Positions 1 through 9,373 of a stretch of 64,000 bases of DNA are shown here, one piece after another. Within the stretch, counting starts at the first letter, position 1. Each line of letters opens with the position of its first letter. The notes under the pieces are model-generated. The model saw only the letters and a program-made list of their open reading frames with translations. It was not told where the DNA came from and ran no database searches. A program made the translations under genes and the position numbers. The stretch is from NCBI GenBank assembly GCA_016789655.1, contig JAEUQV010000099.1, forward strand, positions 32,778-96,777. The letters are read 5' to 3'. Source of the DNA: Candidatus Saccharimonadota bacterium (GTDB taxonomy: Bacteria; Patescibacteriota; Saccharimonadia; Saccharimonadales; UBA4665).

Positions 1-103
1 CTATTGTAACAGATAGGAGTACCCTATACAAGGCTAAGAAGCAGCCTGCAAAATAAGGTATCGAAGATACTCTATATGCTACACTGGGTATCAAGGAGAA
101 TCA

Positions 104-1423
104 ATGGAAGATTACGAAAAAACGCTTGCTGTCATAGGGCTTGGATATGTTGGCTTACCTTTAGCCGTTGAAGCTGCATTGAAAGGCTATGCAGTCACGG
201 GTATAGATATTAATGAAACGCTACTCAGCATTATCAATCAACGGAAGTCGCCATACGCCAATGATAAGCGTTTTGAAGATGCCATCGCCAAAGTGGGCGA
301 CAACCTATCCGCAACATGTGACTTTACCGCAATCCAAAAGGTGTCAACAGTAGTCATATGTGTACCAACCCCAACAGAACACAACGTGCCAGACCTAAGC
401 CTTGTAGAATCAGCTGCGAAGAGTGTTGCAGCTCAATTACAGCCCGGCCAACTTGTAGTGCTTGAAAGTACAGTAAACCCCGGTGTAACTCGCGATGTCT
501 TATTGCCTATTTTAGAAGATGCTTCTGGTTTAAGAATTGGGAAAGACTTCTTTCTGGCGCACTGCCCAGAACGAATTGATCCTGGAAACGATACGTTCTA
601 CGTCGGTAATTTAAACCGAGTAGTTGGAGGTATAACAGAAGCTTGTACGGAACGCGCGGTGACTTTTTACTCAAACATCATCGATGCGAAAATCATCTCT
701 CTAGGCTCCACTGAAGAAGCTGAGTTTGTAAAATCTTGGGAGAATACTCACCGGAATGTCATGATTGCACTTGCGAACAGTGCGGCCATCATTTGTGATG
801 GACTCGGTATGGATATCAACCGCGTACTAGATGGGCTACAGTCGAAAGTCGATCAGTTCGGCCTAAAACTCGCCACTCCAGGCATCGGTCCAGGTGGCCA
901 CTGCATTCCAGAAGACATTCACTACGTTATTCGTCGTGCCCGCGAAAGCGGTATAGACACTCGTTTCCTTGATGATGCTGCTGAGTTAAATGACAAAATG
1001 CCGCAATATGCTGTGCGGCAGCTAAGTTTTCTCGCCAAAGACAAAGGGGAAGATTTGCGAAATTTGCGCGTAGCATTGCTAGGCCTTACGTATAAACCAG
1101 ATATAAGTGATACGCGTCGCTCCCCAGCGATTGAAGTTGCCTACCAGTTAGAGCGTTATGCAAAATCTCTTATTGCCTACGATCCGTATGTCTCATATAC
1201 CGCAGGCTTAGCCAGCCCAGCTGTGGTAGCAGAGTCGCTTGCAGAAGCACTCGACAAAGCCGATGCTGTATTCATTGCGACAGCTCACCATGTGCTAAGA
1301 GAGCAGCTTACGCCCGAATTATTACATGATAATGGCATTCGCTACGTCCTCGATGGTCGCAACATGTTAGATAAGGATGCGGTCACCAAACTTGGTATAG
1401 CCTATCGCGGCATTGGCCGTTAG
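104..1423 (+). CDS. NAD-dependent nucleotide-sugar dehydrogenase (UDP-glucose/GDP-mannose dehydrogenase family)
   Basis: 439-aa ORF with Rossmann motif VIGLGYVGLPLA, catalytic-Cys segment GPGGHCIPED and the C-terminal pattern LGLTYKPDISDTRRSP. AAGGAG (93-98) lies 5 nt upstream of the ATG, and an extended -10 TGCTACACT is at 77-85. Confidence 0.88.
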   Translation: MEDYEKTLAVIGLGYVGLPLAVEAALKGYAVTGIDINETLLSIINQRKSPYANDKRFEDAIAKVGDNLSATCDFTAIQKVSTVVICVPTPTEHNVPDLSLVESAAKSVAAQLQPGQLVVLESTVNPGVTRDVLLPILEDASGLRIGKDFFLAHCPERIDPGNDTFYVGNLNRVVGGITEACTERAVTFYSNIIDAKIISLGSTEEAEFVKSWENTHRNVMIALANSAAIICDGLGMDINRVLDGLQSKVDQFGLKLATPGIGPGGHCIPEDIHYVIRRARESGIDTRFLDDAAELNDKMPQYAVRQLSFLAKDKGEDLRNLRVALLGLTYKPDISDTRRSPAIEVAYQLERYAKSLIAYDPYVSYTAGLASPAVVAESLAEALDKADAVFIATAHHVLREQLTPELLHDNGIRYVLDGRNMLDKDAVTKLGIAYRGIGR

Positions 1424-1460
1424 AATATTTATCTGTAATAATTAAGAGCGAATCCAACTA

Positions 1461-1608
1461 ACCCGACCTCGACATAAGCACCCAGATAGTAGTCAGTGCA
1501 CTGATGGTGCCAAGCAAAGCGAAAGCGCAGTTTATAGGGTGCTCATTATACTCGATTAACTCTAGTTTATTCAGCGGGGCGGGCTCGATAGGTATGTCGA
1601 CCCCGGGT
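1461..1608 (+). repeat. Copy A of a structured intergenic element with terminal inverted repeats (ACCCGACCTCGACATA ... TATGTCGACCCCGGGT) and a GCGGGGCGGGCT core
   Basis: The termini are inverted complements (5 bp + 8 bp with a 3-nt internal mismatch). Conserved blocks (AGC-GNRA-GCG, TTTAnAGGGTG, GCGGGGCGGGCT) are shared with a second copy at 42963-43137 on the opposite strand. Confidence 0.55.
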
Positions 1609-1650
1609 CAACTAGCGACAAGCCGCGATACATTCTAATTAATAATAGAA

Positions 1651-1712
1651 ACACCCCGCGCGGTACGCAGGGTGTTTTCATCTGGGAAAGCTTTTCCCCA
1701 GATGATGTTTTT
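1651..1712. terminator. Pair of adjacent hairpins forming a bidirectional terminator between the dehydrogenase gene/element A and rpoC
   Basis: ACACCC..GCG/CGC..GGGTGT (1651-1675) is followed by TTTT on the plus strand and TTTCTATTATT on the minus strand. CATCTGGGAAAG/CTTT(TC)CCCAGATG (1679-1704) is followed by ATGTTTTTATTT. Confidence 0.7.
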
Positions 1713-1760
1713 ATTTGGTTGGCGTAAGAAAGAGCAGCCACCCCTCCTTACTTTCAACTC

Positions 1761-4700
1761 TTAGCCTTCGGCGCGGAAGATTTGGTCGTTGTGGTATTCC
1801 TCGACCAATTCCGGCTCGTCGCCTTCATCGAGCGCATTACTCGCACCATAGCCTGTGCCAACCGGAATCTTGCGACCAAGGATCACGTTTTCCTTTAGAC
1901 CGAATAGTTTGTCTATGCGGCCACTTGTAGCTGCACTGATGAGTACTCGGGTCGTATCCTGGAAGCTTGCAGCACTCAGGAACGAGTCGGTGCTCAAAGA
2001 TGCTTTGGTTATGCCAAGCAATAGCTGGTTAACCTTGGCTGGCTCTTTGCCTTCAGCAACTAATGATTCGTTGGCTTCAGCTACAGCTAGCTTCGATACA
2101 ACGTCGCCTGTTACGAATTCGCTATCACCAGCGTCTTCAATCTGTACGCGGCTAAACATCTGGCGCACAATGATCTCAAGGTGCTTGTCTGAGATATTTT
2201 GGCCCTGCCCGGCAAAGATGCCGAGAATCTCATTCATTATGTAACGCTGAGTCGATTCAACGCCCTGTAAACGCATGAGGTCGTGCAGGTTAATAGAACC
2301 GTTTGTGAGGCGCTCTCCAGCGACGACTACAGTGCCGTCTGAAACCTGTAACTGCTTAAAGCCAGGAATTTCATAGCGCACAACGCTCTTGCTGGTAGGT
2401 GTAATTATGATTGTCTTATCGGTTAGTTCAGCCTTGCCTGCCATCGGTGAGATCAATGGTTCGGCACCATCTTGTTCACTTGCTAGCACATCACCGATAG
2501 CGACATCGCTACCACTAGCGATTTTCGGCGTACGACCTTCGAGAGCTAGTTCAAGTACTTCGCGGTCATTGGCGGTAACCTGAACGATATAGTGATCACC
2601 CTCCTCCCAAGCATTTACTACACCGTTGATGTCTGCCAAGTAGGCCTGACCCTTTGGCGAACGAGCTTCGAAAAGCTCCTCAACACGGCTCAGACCTTGG
2701 GCAGTATCATCTGCTACCACTGCACCTGAGCGGTGCTTACTATCTAGGCTCAGCTGTGTGCCAGGCTCACCTATACTTTGAGCGGCGATAACCCCGATGG
2801 GGCTATGGCTCGTGACGAGTTCACCGGTAGCTGGGTCAATACCGTAGCTCTTCTGAGGCACACCATGTACTGATGTTGCGCTCAATGCGCTGCGGATCTT
2901 TACGCCATCGATTGATTCTTCGGCTTCTATAGCCTCAGCAATTTCCTTAGTAAACAGTTCACCATCTTTAATGAGGCTGGTTACATCGGCAGCTGCATAG
3001 CGACCTTCAAGACGCGATGCATAGCTGACGCCAATTTCTTTTGCGTCGGCACGTAGCATGGCAAAACCTGGATCGCTGGAATCGTCTTGTTCGGCATCTA
3101 TAGTGAACACGTCTTGCGAAACATCTACCAAGCGGCGAGTGAGGTACCCGGCATCGGCCGTCTTAAGGGCAATGTCAATCACGGCTTTACGCGTACCTCG
3201 GGTACCGGTAAAGTACTCCAACGGTGTAAGACCTTGCATATACCCAGCCTTTACGGGTAGCTCGATTACGTTGCCAGCAGCATCTTGGAAAACGCCAAGC
3301 ATACCGACGGACATTTTCATTTGCGATACGTTACCACGAGCGCCCGAGGTAATGGCAACTGCCATTGAGCCGTCCTGGCCCTTCATCTGCTCGGAAAGCA
3401 GGTTTTGTACACGAGTATCGATTTTGGTCCAGTTTTCGACTGTCAAGCGGTGACGTTCATCATCAGTGATGAATCCTTGCTCGTACTGGTCAGATATGCC
3501 CGCACTGCGCGTTTCACCTTCTTTAAGGATATCCTCGAGGCCCTTGATCGGCTCGAAGTCGCCCATACCCATCGAAAGACCTGACATAGTCGCGTAACGA
3601 AAGCCTAGATCTTTCAGATTATCGGCGATTTCGGCTGTTTTTTCTTGCCCGTATTGTTGGTACACAGCAGCCATTACCTTTTGGAGACGTTTCTTGGTCA
3701 TTGGCTCATCCTCATACGCAAAATCTTCAGGGAAGATTTCGTTGAAGTACAAGCGACCAAGCGTTGTTTCACGCATTTCACCTCGGAACGGCACGAGCAC
3801 GCGGCTTTGAAGCTTAATAGCACCTGCATCAAACGCCATCGAAGCTTCGTTGAGGCTTGAGTACGCTTTAGGCTCAGGGCTAGAACCAGGGCGCTCATAC
3901 GTCAAGTAGTAGCACCCGAGCACTATATCTTGCTCTATATGCAAGATTGGTGAACCATCAGCTGGCTTCAGTAAGTTGCGGTTTGCGGACATGATGTCGC
4001 GTGCCTCAGCTTGTGCAGCGTCACTAAGTGGCAGGTGCACAGCCATCTGGTCGCCGTCAAAGTCAGCGTTGAAGCCCTTACATACCAACGGGTGCAGCTG
4101 TATAGCGCGCCCTTCAATAAGTACGGGCTGGAAGGCTTGTATACTCAAACGATGTAAACTCGGTGCACGGTTGAGGAGCACGTATTTACCTCGAATTACT
4201 TCGTCTAACGCATCCCAAACCTCTATTTCACCAGTTTCGATCATACGGGTTGCACTTCGAATATTGTGGGCTTGCTCACGAGCAATCAATTCTCCGATTA
4301 CGAATGGTTTGAAAAGTTCAAGGGCCATCATCTTCGGAAGCCCACATTGATTGATCTTCAGTTCTGGGCCAGCCACAATAACCGAACGACCAGAGTAATC
4401 TACGCGCTTTCCGAGCAAGTTTTGACGGAATCGGCCTTGCTTGCCCTTCAACATATCACTCAAGCTCTTCAAGCGACGACGTTGACCAGTTGCAGCAACG
4501 GCACGACCGGAGCGTGAATTGTTGTTGTCTATGAGTGCATCAACCGCTTCTTGGAGCATACGCTGCTCGTTTCGGCGAATCACTTCAGGTGCGTTCAGCT
4601 CCATTAGTTTTTTCAGACGATTGTTGCGGTTGATGACACGACGATACAGATCGTTTAGATCGGAGGTTGCAAAACGTCCACCGGTAAGCTGTACCATTGG

Positions 4701-5618
4701 GCGTAGATCTGGAGGAATGACAGGTAGGACAGATACGCACATGCTTTCGGGCTTAATCCCCGCACGTTCCATGCTTTCAAGCAATCGCAATCGCTTCATG
4801 AGCTTCTTCTTGCGCTGACCCTTGGCTTCTTCAGCTTCTTTGCTAAGATCAGCGATCAGTTGCGTAAGGTCAATATCTTCAAGCAGGTCTTTTAGTGCTG
4901 CGCCACCCATTCCAACTTCAATCATATCGCGGAGTTCACGAGGCAAATTACGGTAATCGGTTTCGTTCATCAGACCAAGTTTTACTAGGCTATCGAGTTG
5001 GCTGCGGAGCAATTCCCAGCCTTTATCAAGTTCTTCCAACTCCTTGGTTTGAGCTTCGGCAAGCGTTTTTACGTCTGCACCTTCAGCCTCAGCTTCTTTT
5101 TGGTAACGAAGCTTGATTGCTTCCTGTCCAGCTTTCCACTCAGCCTCTTTATCTTCACGATACTGGTCGCGTGCAGCTACATCAACAGACTTCACGATAT
5201 ACGCCGCAAAGTAAGCGACTCTTTCCAGGCCCTTCACCGTCATACCAAGCAATAGCCCAACGGCACTTGGGGTACCACGAAGGAACCAAATATGCGCGAC
5301 AGGCACCGCCAGACTAATGTGGCCCATGCGTTCACGACGCACAATGCTGCGGGTGACCAATTCACCGTTTTTATCAACAGCTGCCTCACGGCTACGTACG
5401 CCCTTATATTTCGCATCGTGTGGATTAATATCTTTGACTGGGCCAAAAATACGCTCACAAAACAGACCGTCGCGCTCTGGCTTCTGCGTACGATAATTAA
5501 TGGTTTCTGGCTTTAGAACTTCACCGTAGCTCCAGTCGAGTATGTCACTGGCGCTGGCCACTGCTAGGCGTACCGCATCGAAATCGGCAATGTTTGTTCC
5601 GTATGAGTAACGTCGCAT
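1761..5618 (-). CDS. rpoC: DNA-directed RNA polymerase subunit beta'
   Basis: Protein carries the NADFDGDQM catalytic motif and conserved N-terminal zinc-finger-region context. I place the start at ATG 5618 (MRRYSYG...), 1 nt after the rpoB stop, with AGGAGG 6 nt upstream. The ORF-track start at 5660 overlaps rpoB. Confidence 0.97.
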   Translation of the reverse strand: MRRYSYGTNIADFDAVRLAVASASDILDWSYGEVLKPETINYRTQKPERDGLFCERIFGPVKDINPHDAKYKGVRSREAAVDKNGELVTRSIVRRERMGHISLAVPVAHIWFLRGTPSAVGLLLGMTVKGLERVAYFAAYIVKSVDVAARDQYREDKEAEWKAGQEAIKLRYQKEAEAEGADVKTLAEAQTKELEELDKGWELLRSQLDSLVKLGLMNETDYRNLPRELRDMIEVGMGGAALKDLLEDIDLTQLIADLSKEAEEAKGQRKKKLMKRLRLLESMERAGIKPESMCVSVLPVIPPDLRPMVQLTGGRFATSDLNDLYRRVINRNNRLKKLMELNAPEVIRRNEQRMLQEAVDALIDNNNSRSGRAVAATGQRRRLKSLSDMLKGKQGRFRQNLLGKRVDYSGRSVIVAGPELKINQCGLPKMMALELFKPFVIGELIAREQAHNIRSATRMIETGEIEVWDALDEVIRGKYVLLNRAPSLHRLSIQAFQPVLIEGRAIQLHPLVCKGFNADFDGDQMAVHLPLSDAAQAEARDIMSANRNLLKPADGSPILHIEQDIVLGCYYLTYERPGSSPEPKAYSSLNEASMAFDAGAIKLQSRVLVPFRGEMRETTLGRLYFNEIFPEDFAYEDEPMTKKRLQKVMAAVYQQYGQEKTAEIADNLKDLGFRYATMSGLSMGMGDFEPIKGLEDILKEGETRSAGISDQYEQGFITDDERHRLTVENWTKIDTRVQNLLSEQMKGQDGSMAVAITSGARGNVSQMKMSVGMLGVFQDAAGNVIELPVKAGYMQGLTPLEYFTGTRGTRKAVIDIALKTADAGYLTRRLVDVSQDVFTIDAEQDDSSDPGFAMLRADAKEIGVSYASRLEGRYAAADVTSLIKDGELFTKEIAEAIEAEESIDGVKIRSALSATSVHGVPQKSYGIDPATGELVTSHSPIGVIAAQSIGEPGTQLSLDSKHRSGAVVADDTAQGLSRVEELFEARSPKGQAYLADINGVVNAWEEGDHYIVQVTANDREVLELALEGRTPKIASGSDVAIGDVLASEQDGAEPLISPMAGKAELTDKTIIITPTSKSVVRYEIPGFKQLQVSDGTVVVAGERLTNGSINLHDLMRLQGVESTQRYIMNEILGIFAGQGQNISDKHLEIIVRQMFSRVQIEDAGDSEFVTGDVVSKLAVAEANESLVAEGKEPAKVNQLLLGITKASLSTDSFLSAASFQDTTRVLISAATSGRIDKLFGLKENVILGRKIPVGTGYGASNALDEGDEPELVEEYHNDQIFRAEG

Positions 5619-5619
5619 A

Positions 5620-8600
5620 TTAGGCCTCCTCTCCTTCATCATCTGTAGTATCATCGTCATTGCTAGTGACCGTCATGGCAGTGTCATCATCGAACTCTGC
5701 CTCAATAGGTTCACCGTCACTATCCTCAAACTCAAATCCATCACCTACAACTTCTTCTTCGGTAACATCTACATCTGATATAGCTGAGGTAGGTGTATCG
5801 ATCTTAGCTGGATGAGTGGCTTCTTCATGTATGTTTGTCGCTAGAACCGCTTCAGCGTCAATAACTTGATCGGAAGCAACCAGGTCGACCTTGAGGCCAA
5901 GACCCTGCAGCTCCTTCACAAGCACATTGAAGCTCTCTGGAACCTTCGGCCCAACAATCTCAGTCTTTTTAATGATAGCTTCATAGGCTTTGCTACGACC
6001 GTAGACGTCATCGGACTTAATGGTGAGCATTTCTTGCAGCGTGTTTGCGGCGCCATACGCTTCAAGTGCCCACACCTCCATTTCACCAAAGCGCTGACCA
6101 CCATTTTGAGCCTTGCCGCCAAGTGGCTGCTGAGTAACCATGGTGTATGGACCAGTTGAACGAGCATGAATCTTATCGGCAACCATGTGGTTTAGCTTGA
6201 TCATGTACATGCTACCGACAGTGGTGCGCTCTTTGAATGCACCGCCTGTGCGGCCGTCGTAAAGCTGCTGCTTGCCATCTTCTGGGAAGCCGGCTTCTTT
6301 CAGGAGATCCTGTATCTTGCTCACCGGTACTCCATTGAATGATGGACTAGCCACCTTCATTCCAAGGGCACGAGCAGCCATACCAAGGTGTGTCTCAAAC
6401 AGCTGACCGATGTTCATGCGGGATGGCACGCCTAATGGGTTCAAAACGATATCGACTGGCGTGCCATCTTCCATGAATGGCATGTCTTCGACGGGTAGTA
6501 TTCGGGCTATCACACCCTTGTTACCGTGTCGACCACCAAGTTTATCTCCCACGCTAATCTTACGCATCTGAGCTACAAATACCTGGATCTGCATGAGTAC
6601 GCCAGCCTTTAGCTCATGACCGTTTTCACGGCTGAAGACCTTGACACCCACGACTTTGCCATGCTTACCATTGCTCATGCGCTGAGACGTATCGCGAACT
6701 TCTTTGGCTTTTTCACCGAAAATAGCCCGCAGTAGGCGTTCTTCGCTACTTAGCTCCTGTTCACCTTTAGGAGTAATTTTACCGACCAAGATATCTCCGG
6801 GATGTACTTCGGCACCAATCCTGACAATACCATCATCATCTAGGTGACGTAGTGCGTCTTCTGATACATTTGGGATATCTCGGGTGACGATTTCGGGGCC
6901 AAGCTTAGTTTCGCGAACTTCAATCATGTAATCTACGATATGCACCGAAGTTAACGTATCATCCTCAACAAGCTTGCGACTGATGATAATGGCATCTTCG
7001 AAATTGTACCCGGCCCATGGCATAAATGCTACGACCAAGTCTTTCCCGAGCGCCAATTCACCACCCTGTATACTCATACCTTCTATTAGAGCATCACCAG
7101 TCTTGACTTTATCGCCAGTACTTACAACCACACTCTGATTAATTGAAGTACCTTCGTTGGATCGAATAAAGTGCTGGGCATCGTACGTTACGGTACCATC
7201 TTTATACTTAACCACCACTTGATTGGCATCAGCTTTGGTAACTTCGCCGTCTGCTTCAGCAGTTATCAGCTGGCCAGTATTCTGAGCGGCCGTTGCTTCC
7301 AAACCAGTACCGACGATTGGGCTCTTAGGCTGGATAAGCGGAACCGCTTGTCGCTGCTGGTTACTACCCATGAGTGCTCGATACACATAGTTCTTTTCGA
7401 TGAATGGGATAAGACCAGCCGATGAACCAATGATCTGATTCTGTGCGGCGTCAACATGCGTCACATCATCGCGATCCACGGTTGCAGACTTCAAACCAGC
7501 ACGTGCACTGACGCGCTCTTCTGCGATTCGACCTGACTTATCTAGACGCACACCAGCACCTGCGATAACAGACTGTTCTTCGTCGGCCGCATCAAGATAA
7601 ACGATTTCATCGGTAACTTTCCCTTTAACTACTTTGCGGTATGGTGTTTCAACGAACCCATAGTCGTTGACACGAGCATAATTCGCAAGGTTGAGCACGA
7701 GGCCCACGTTCGCACCCTCAGGAGTTTCAACGGCACAGATACGTCCATAGTGCGTAGCATGCGCATCGCGCACTTCAAAACCAGCACGCTCTCGAGAGAG
7801 GCCTCCAGGACCCATCGAGCTCAAACGGCGCTTATGCGCAAGCTCTGAAAGCGGATTGATCTGGTCCATGAACTGGCTCAGCTGGCTGCTGGCAAAGAAT
7901 TCACGTACTGCAGCCACGACAGGGCGGGCATTGATCAACTGACCCGGCTGCACTGTTTCGATTTCGCTCATGCTCATGCGGTCCTGTGTATTGCGAACCA
8001 TACGAAGCAAACCGATACGGAACTGGCGTTGTACGAGCTCGCCAACCATCTTGATCCGGCGATTACTCAAAGAGTCAATATCATCACCCGGCTCTTGCGC
8101 CACATTCATGCGGATAAGCTCAGCGACAATAGCCACCAAGTCTTCTAGGCGCATGATACGGTTTTCGACAGTGTTCGGTACATCGAGGTTCAGACGCTTG
8201 TTAATCTTGTAGCGGCCTACACGGCTGAAATCGAAACGCTTGAAATTATAGAACATGTTTTCAAGCAGCGAACGTGCGTTATCAACGGTAGCGAGATCGC
8301 CCGGTCGCAATCGGCGATACACTTCGATTAGTGCTTCTGCATGGCCTTTACTCGGGTCTTTATCGAGTGTGGCTTGCAAAAAGCCGTCTTTTGCCTGGTC
8401 TACGTGTTTGAAAGCTTCTTTCATTTGAGCTTCTGTCATACCAAGCGCGCGCAGCAAGGTTGTGACAGGGATTTTACGCTTGCGGTCAATCTTCACATAT
8501 ATTGCACCACCGGCAGAAGTCTCAAACTCAAGCCAAGCTCCGCGGCCAGGTATAACCTTTGCGGCGAACAAGTTGCGAGTGCCGTGCAGCTCAGCAGTAT

Positions 8601-9039
8601 AAAAAACACCAGCCGATCGGATCAGCTGGCTCACAACGACACGCTCTGCACCGTTAATTATGAATGTACCGCGCTTGGTCATCCAAGGGTAATCACCAAG
8701 GTAGATTTCCTGCTCTTTAATTTCACCGGTTACTTTGTTGGTTAGTTCCACGGTAGCTTTGAGTGGCGCTTCGTAGCTGACATTGTTTTCGCGGGCTTCA
8801 GCCTCAGAAAGTTTCGGATCTTCGAAGTGATATTCCTTGAAAACAAGACTTAATTTAGTCCCAGTGTAATCATCTACGGGGCTTATTTCAGCAAAGAGCT
8901 CACCGAGCCCTTCATCGATAAGCCATTGAAATGATTTATTCTGGTGATCTACCAAATTTGGCAATGCAAGATCATTGTCTTGCATGTCGTCACTGAGGTA
9001 GACGCGACCGGTCGTGCTAACATTAGTAGCCTTTGCCAT
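5620..9039 (-). CDS. rpoB: DNA-directed RNA polymerase subunit beta, with an acidic C-terminal tail
   Basis: 1139-aa ORF with typical beta-subunit blocks (GRHGNKGV, NPLGVPSRMNIGQ, GGQRFGEMEVWALEAYGA). AAAGGAG lies upstream of ATG 9039. Confidence 0.97.
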   Translation of the reverse strand: MAKATNVSTTGRVYLSDDMQDNDLALPNLVDHQNKSFQWLIDEGLGELFAEISPVDDYTGTKLSLVFKEYHFEDPKLSEAEARENNVSYEAPLKATVELTNKVTGEIKEQEIYLGDYPWMTKRGTFIINGAERVVVSQLIRSAGVFYTAELHGTRNLFAAKVIPGRGAWLEFETSAGGAIYVKIDRKRKIPVTTLLRALGMTEAQMKEAFKHVDQAKDGFLQATLDKDPSKGHAEALIEVYRRLRPGDLATVDNARSLLENMFYNFKRFDFSRVGRYKINKRLNLDVPNTVENRIMRLEDLVAIVAELIRMNVAQEPGDDIDSLSNRRIKMVGELVQRQFRIGLLRMVRNTQDRMSMSEIETVQPGQLINARPVVAAVREFFASSQLSQFMDQINPLSELAHKRRLSSMGPGGLSRERAGFEVRDAHATHYGRICAVETPEGANVGLVLNLANYARVNDYGFVETPYRKVVKGKVTDEIVYLDAADEEQSVIAGAGVRLDKSGRIAEERVSARAGLKSATVDRDDVTHVDAAQNQIIGSSAGLIPFIEKNYVYRALMGSNQQRQAVPLIQPKSPIVGTGLEATAAQNTGQLITAEADGEVTKADANQVVVKYKDGTVTYDAQHFIRSNEGTSINQSVVVSTGDKVKTGDALIEGMSIQGGELALGKDLVVAFMPWAGYNFEDAIIISRKLVEDDTLTSVHIVDYMIEVRETKLGPEIVTRDIPNVSEDALRHLDDDGIVRIGAEVHPGDILVGKITPKGEQELSSEERLLRAIFGEKAKEVRDTSQRMSNGKHGKVVGVKVFSRENGHELKAGVLMQIQVFVAQMRKISVGDKLGGRHGNKGVIARILPVEDMPFMEDGTPVDIVLNPLGVPSRMNIGQLFETHLGMAARALGMKVASPSFNGVPVSKIQDLLKEAGFPEDGKQQLYDGRTGGAFKERTTVGSMYMIKLNHMVADKIHARSTGPYTMVTQQPLGGKAQNGGQRFGEMEVWALEAYGAANTLQEMLTIKSDDVYGRSKAYEAIIKKTEIVGPKVPESFNVLVKELQGLGLKVDLVASDQVIDAEAVLATNIHEEATHPAKIDTPTSAISDVDVTEEEVVGDGFEFEDSDGEPIEAEFDDDTAMTVTSNDDDTTDDEGEEA

Positions 9040-9182
9040 ATACGCGTAACTCCTTTGGAGTGATAATTAGCAGTCCGAGTTTGAGTTGTAGGCATTCTCA
9101 TTATCGGACTATTAGTGTATTGGATAGTCACCACAGAGGTGACTTACAAGTGTATTTTCAGTAGTACGCTATCGCTGATATC

Positions 9183-9210
9183 CCTACCTACCAACTACTA
9201 ACTACTACCT
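9183..9210. repeat. Heptamer array CCTACCT ACCAACT ACTAACT ACTACCT (GGTAGGT flavour) inside the rpoB leader
   Basis: Period-7 pattern read directly from the sequence. Confidence 0.6.
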
Positions 9211-9338
9211 AACGTTATGAAGCTACCTAAGCGGGAGATTTGGTGCTGGCACGCCCCATGGGAGCATGCGTACTGCTTTTTGCGCGCTAGTGTTTGCAGC
9301 ACAGCCCAACTTACACTACTTCTTACAGTATAGGGTAC

Positions 9339-9366
9339 AGAGTTATGAGTTAAGAGTCAAGAGTAT
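9339..9366. repeat. Heptamer array AGAGTTA TGAGTTA AGAGTCA AGAGTAT abutting the putative rpoB -10 box
   Basis: Period-7 pattern. The minus strand reads ACTCTTG ACTCTTA ACTCATA ACTCTGTACCC-TATACT (TATACT at 9332-9327). Confidence 0.7.
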
Positions 9367-9373
9367 GCAGTCG

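Noticed and set aside
1575-1760. Possible tmRNA: GGGGCGGGCTCGATAGGTATGTCGACCCCGGG resembles a tmRNA 5' end (GGGG...GGnTTCGAC), and a downstream frame ends in ...WLA-stop.
   Set aside because: No T-arm (GGTTCGAnTCC) or 3' CCACCA terminus follows. The putative tag frame would be 37 codons and would run through two terminator hairpins. A second homologous copy exists at 42963-43137, which does not fit a single-copy ssrA.
5619-5660. N-terminal extensions suggested by the ORF track. Examples are rpoC from 5660, clpP 10936, tig 15183, radA 31694, nusA 37160, trmH-like 45040, gatC 58080, the pilin 61985, the surface protein 12053, the 311-aa ORF 21494 and rsmD 20604.
   Set aside because: The extensions overlap upstream genes or regulatory repeats and lack homology to the protein families. 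In each case an internal start with a better Shine-Dalgarno or promoter context coincides with where family homology begins.
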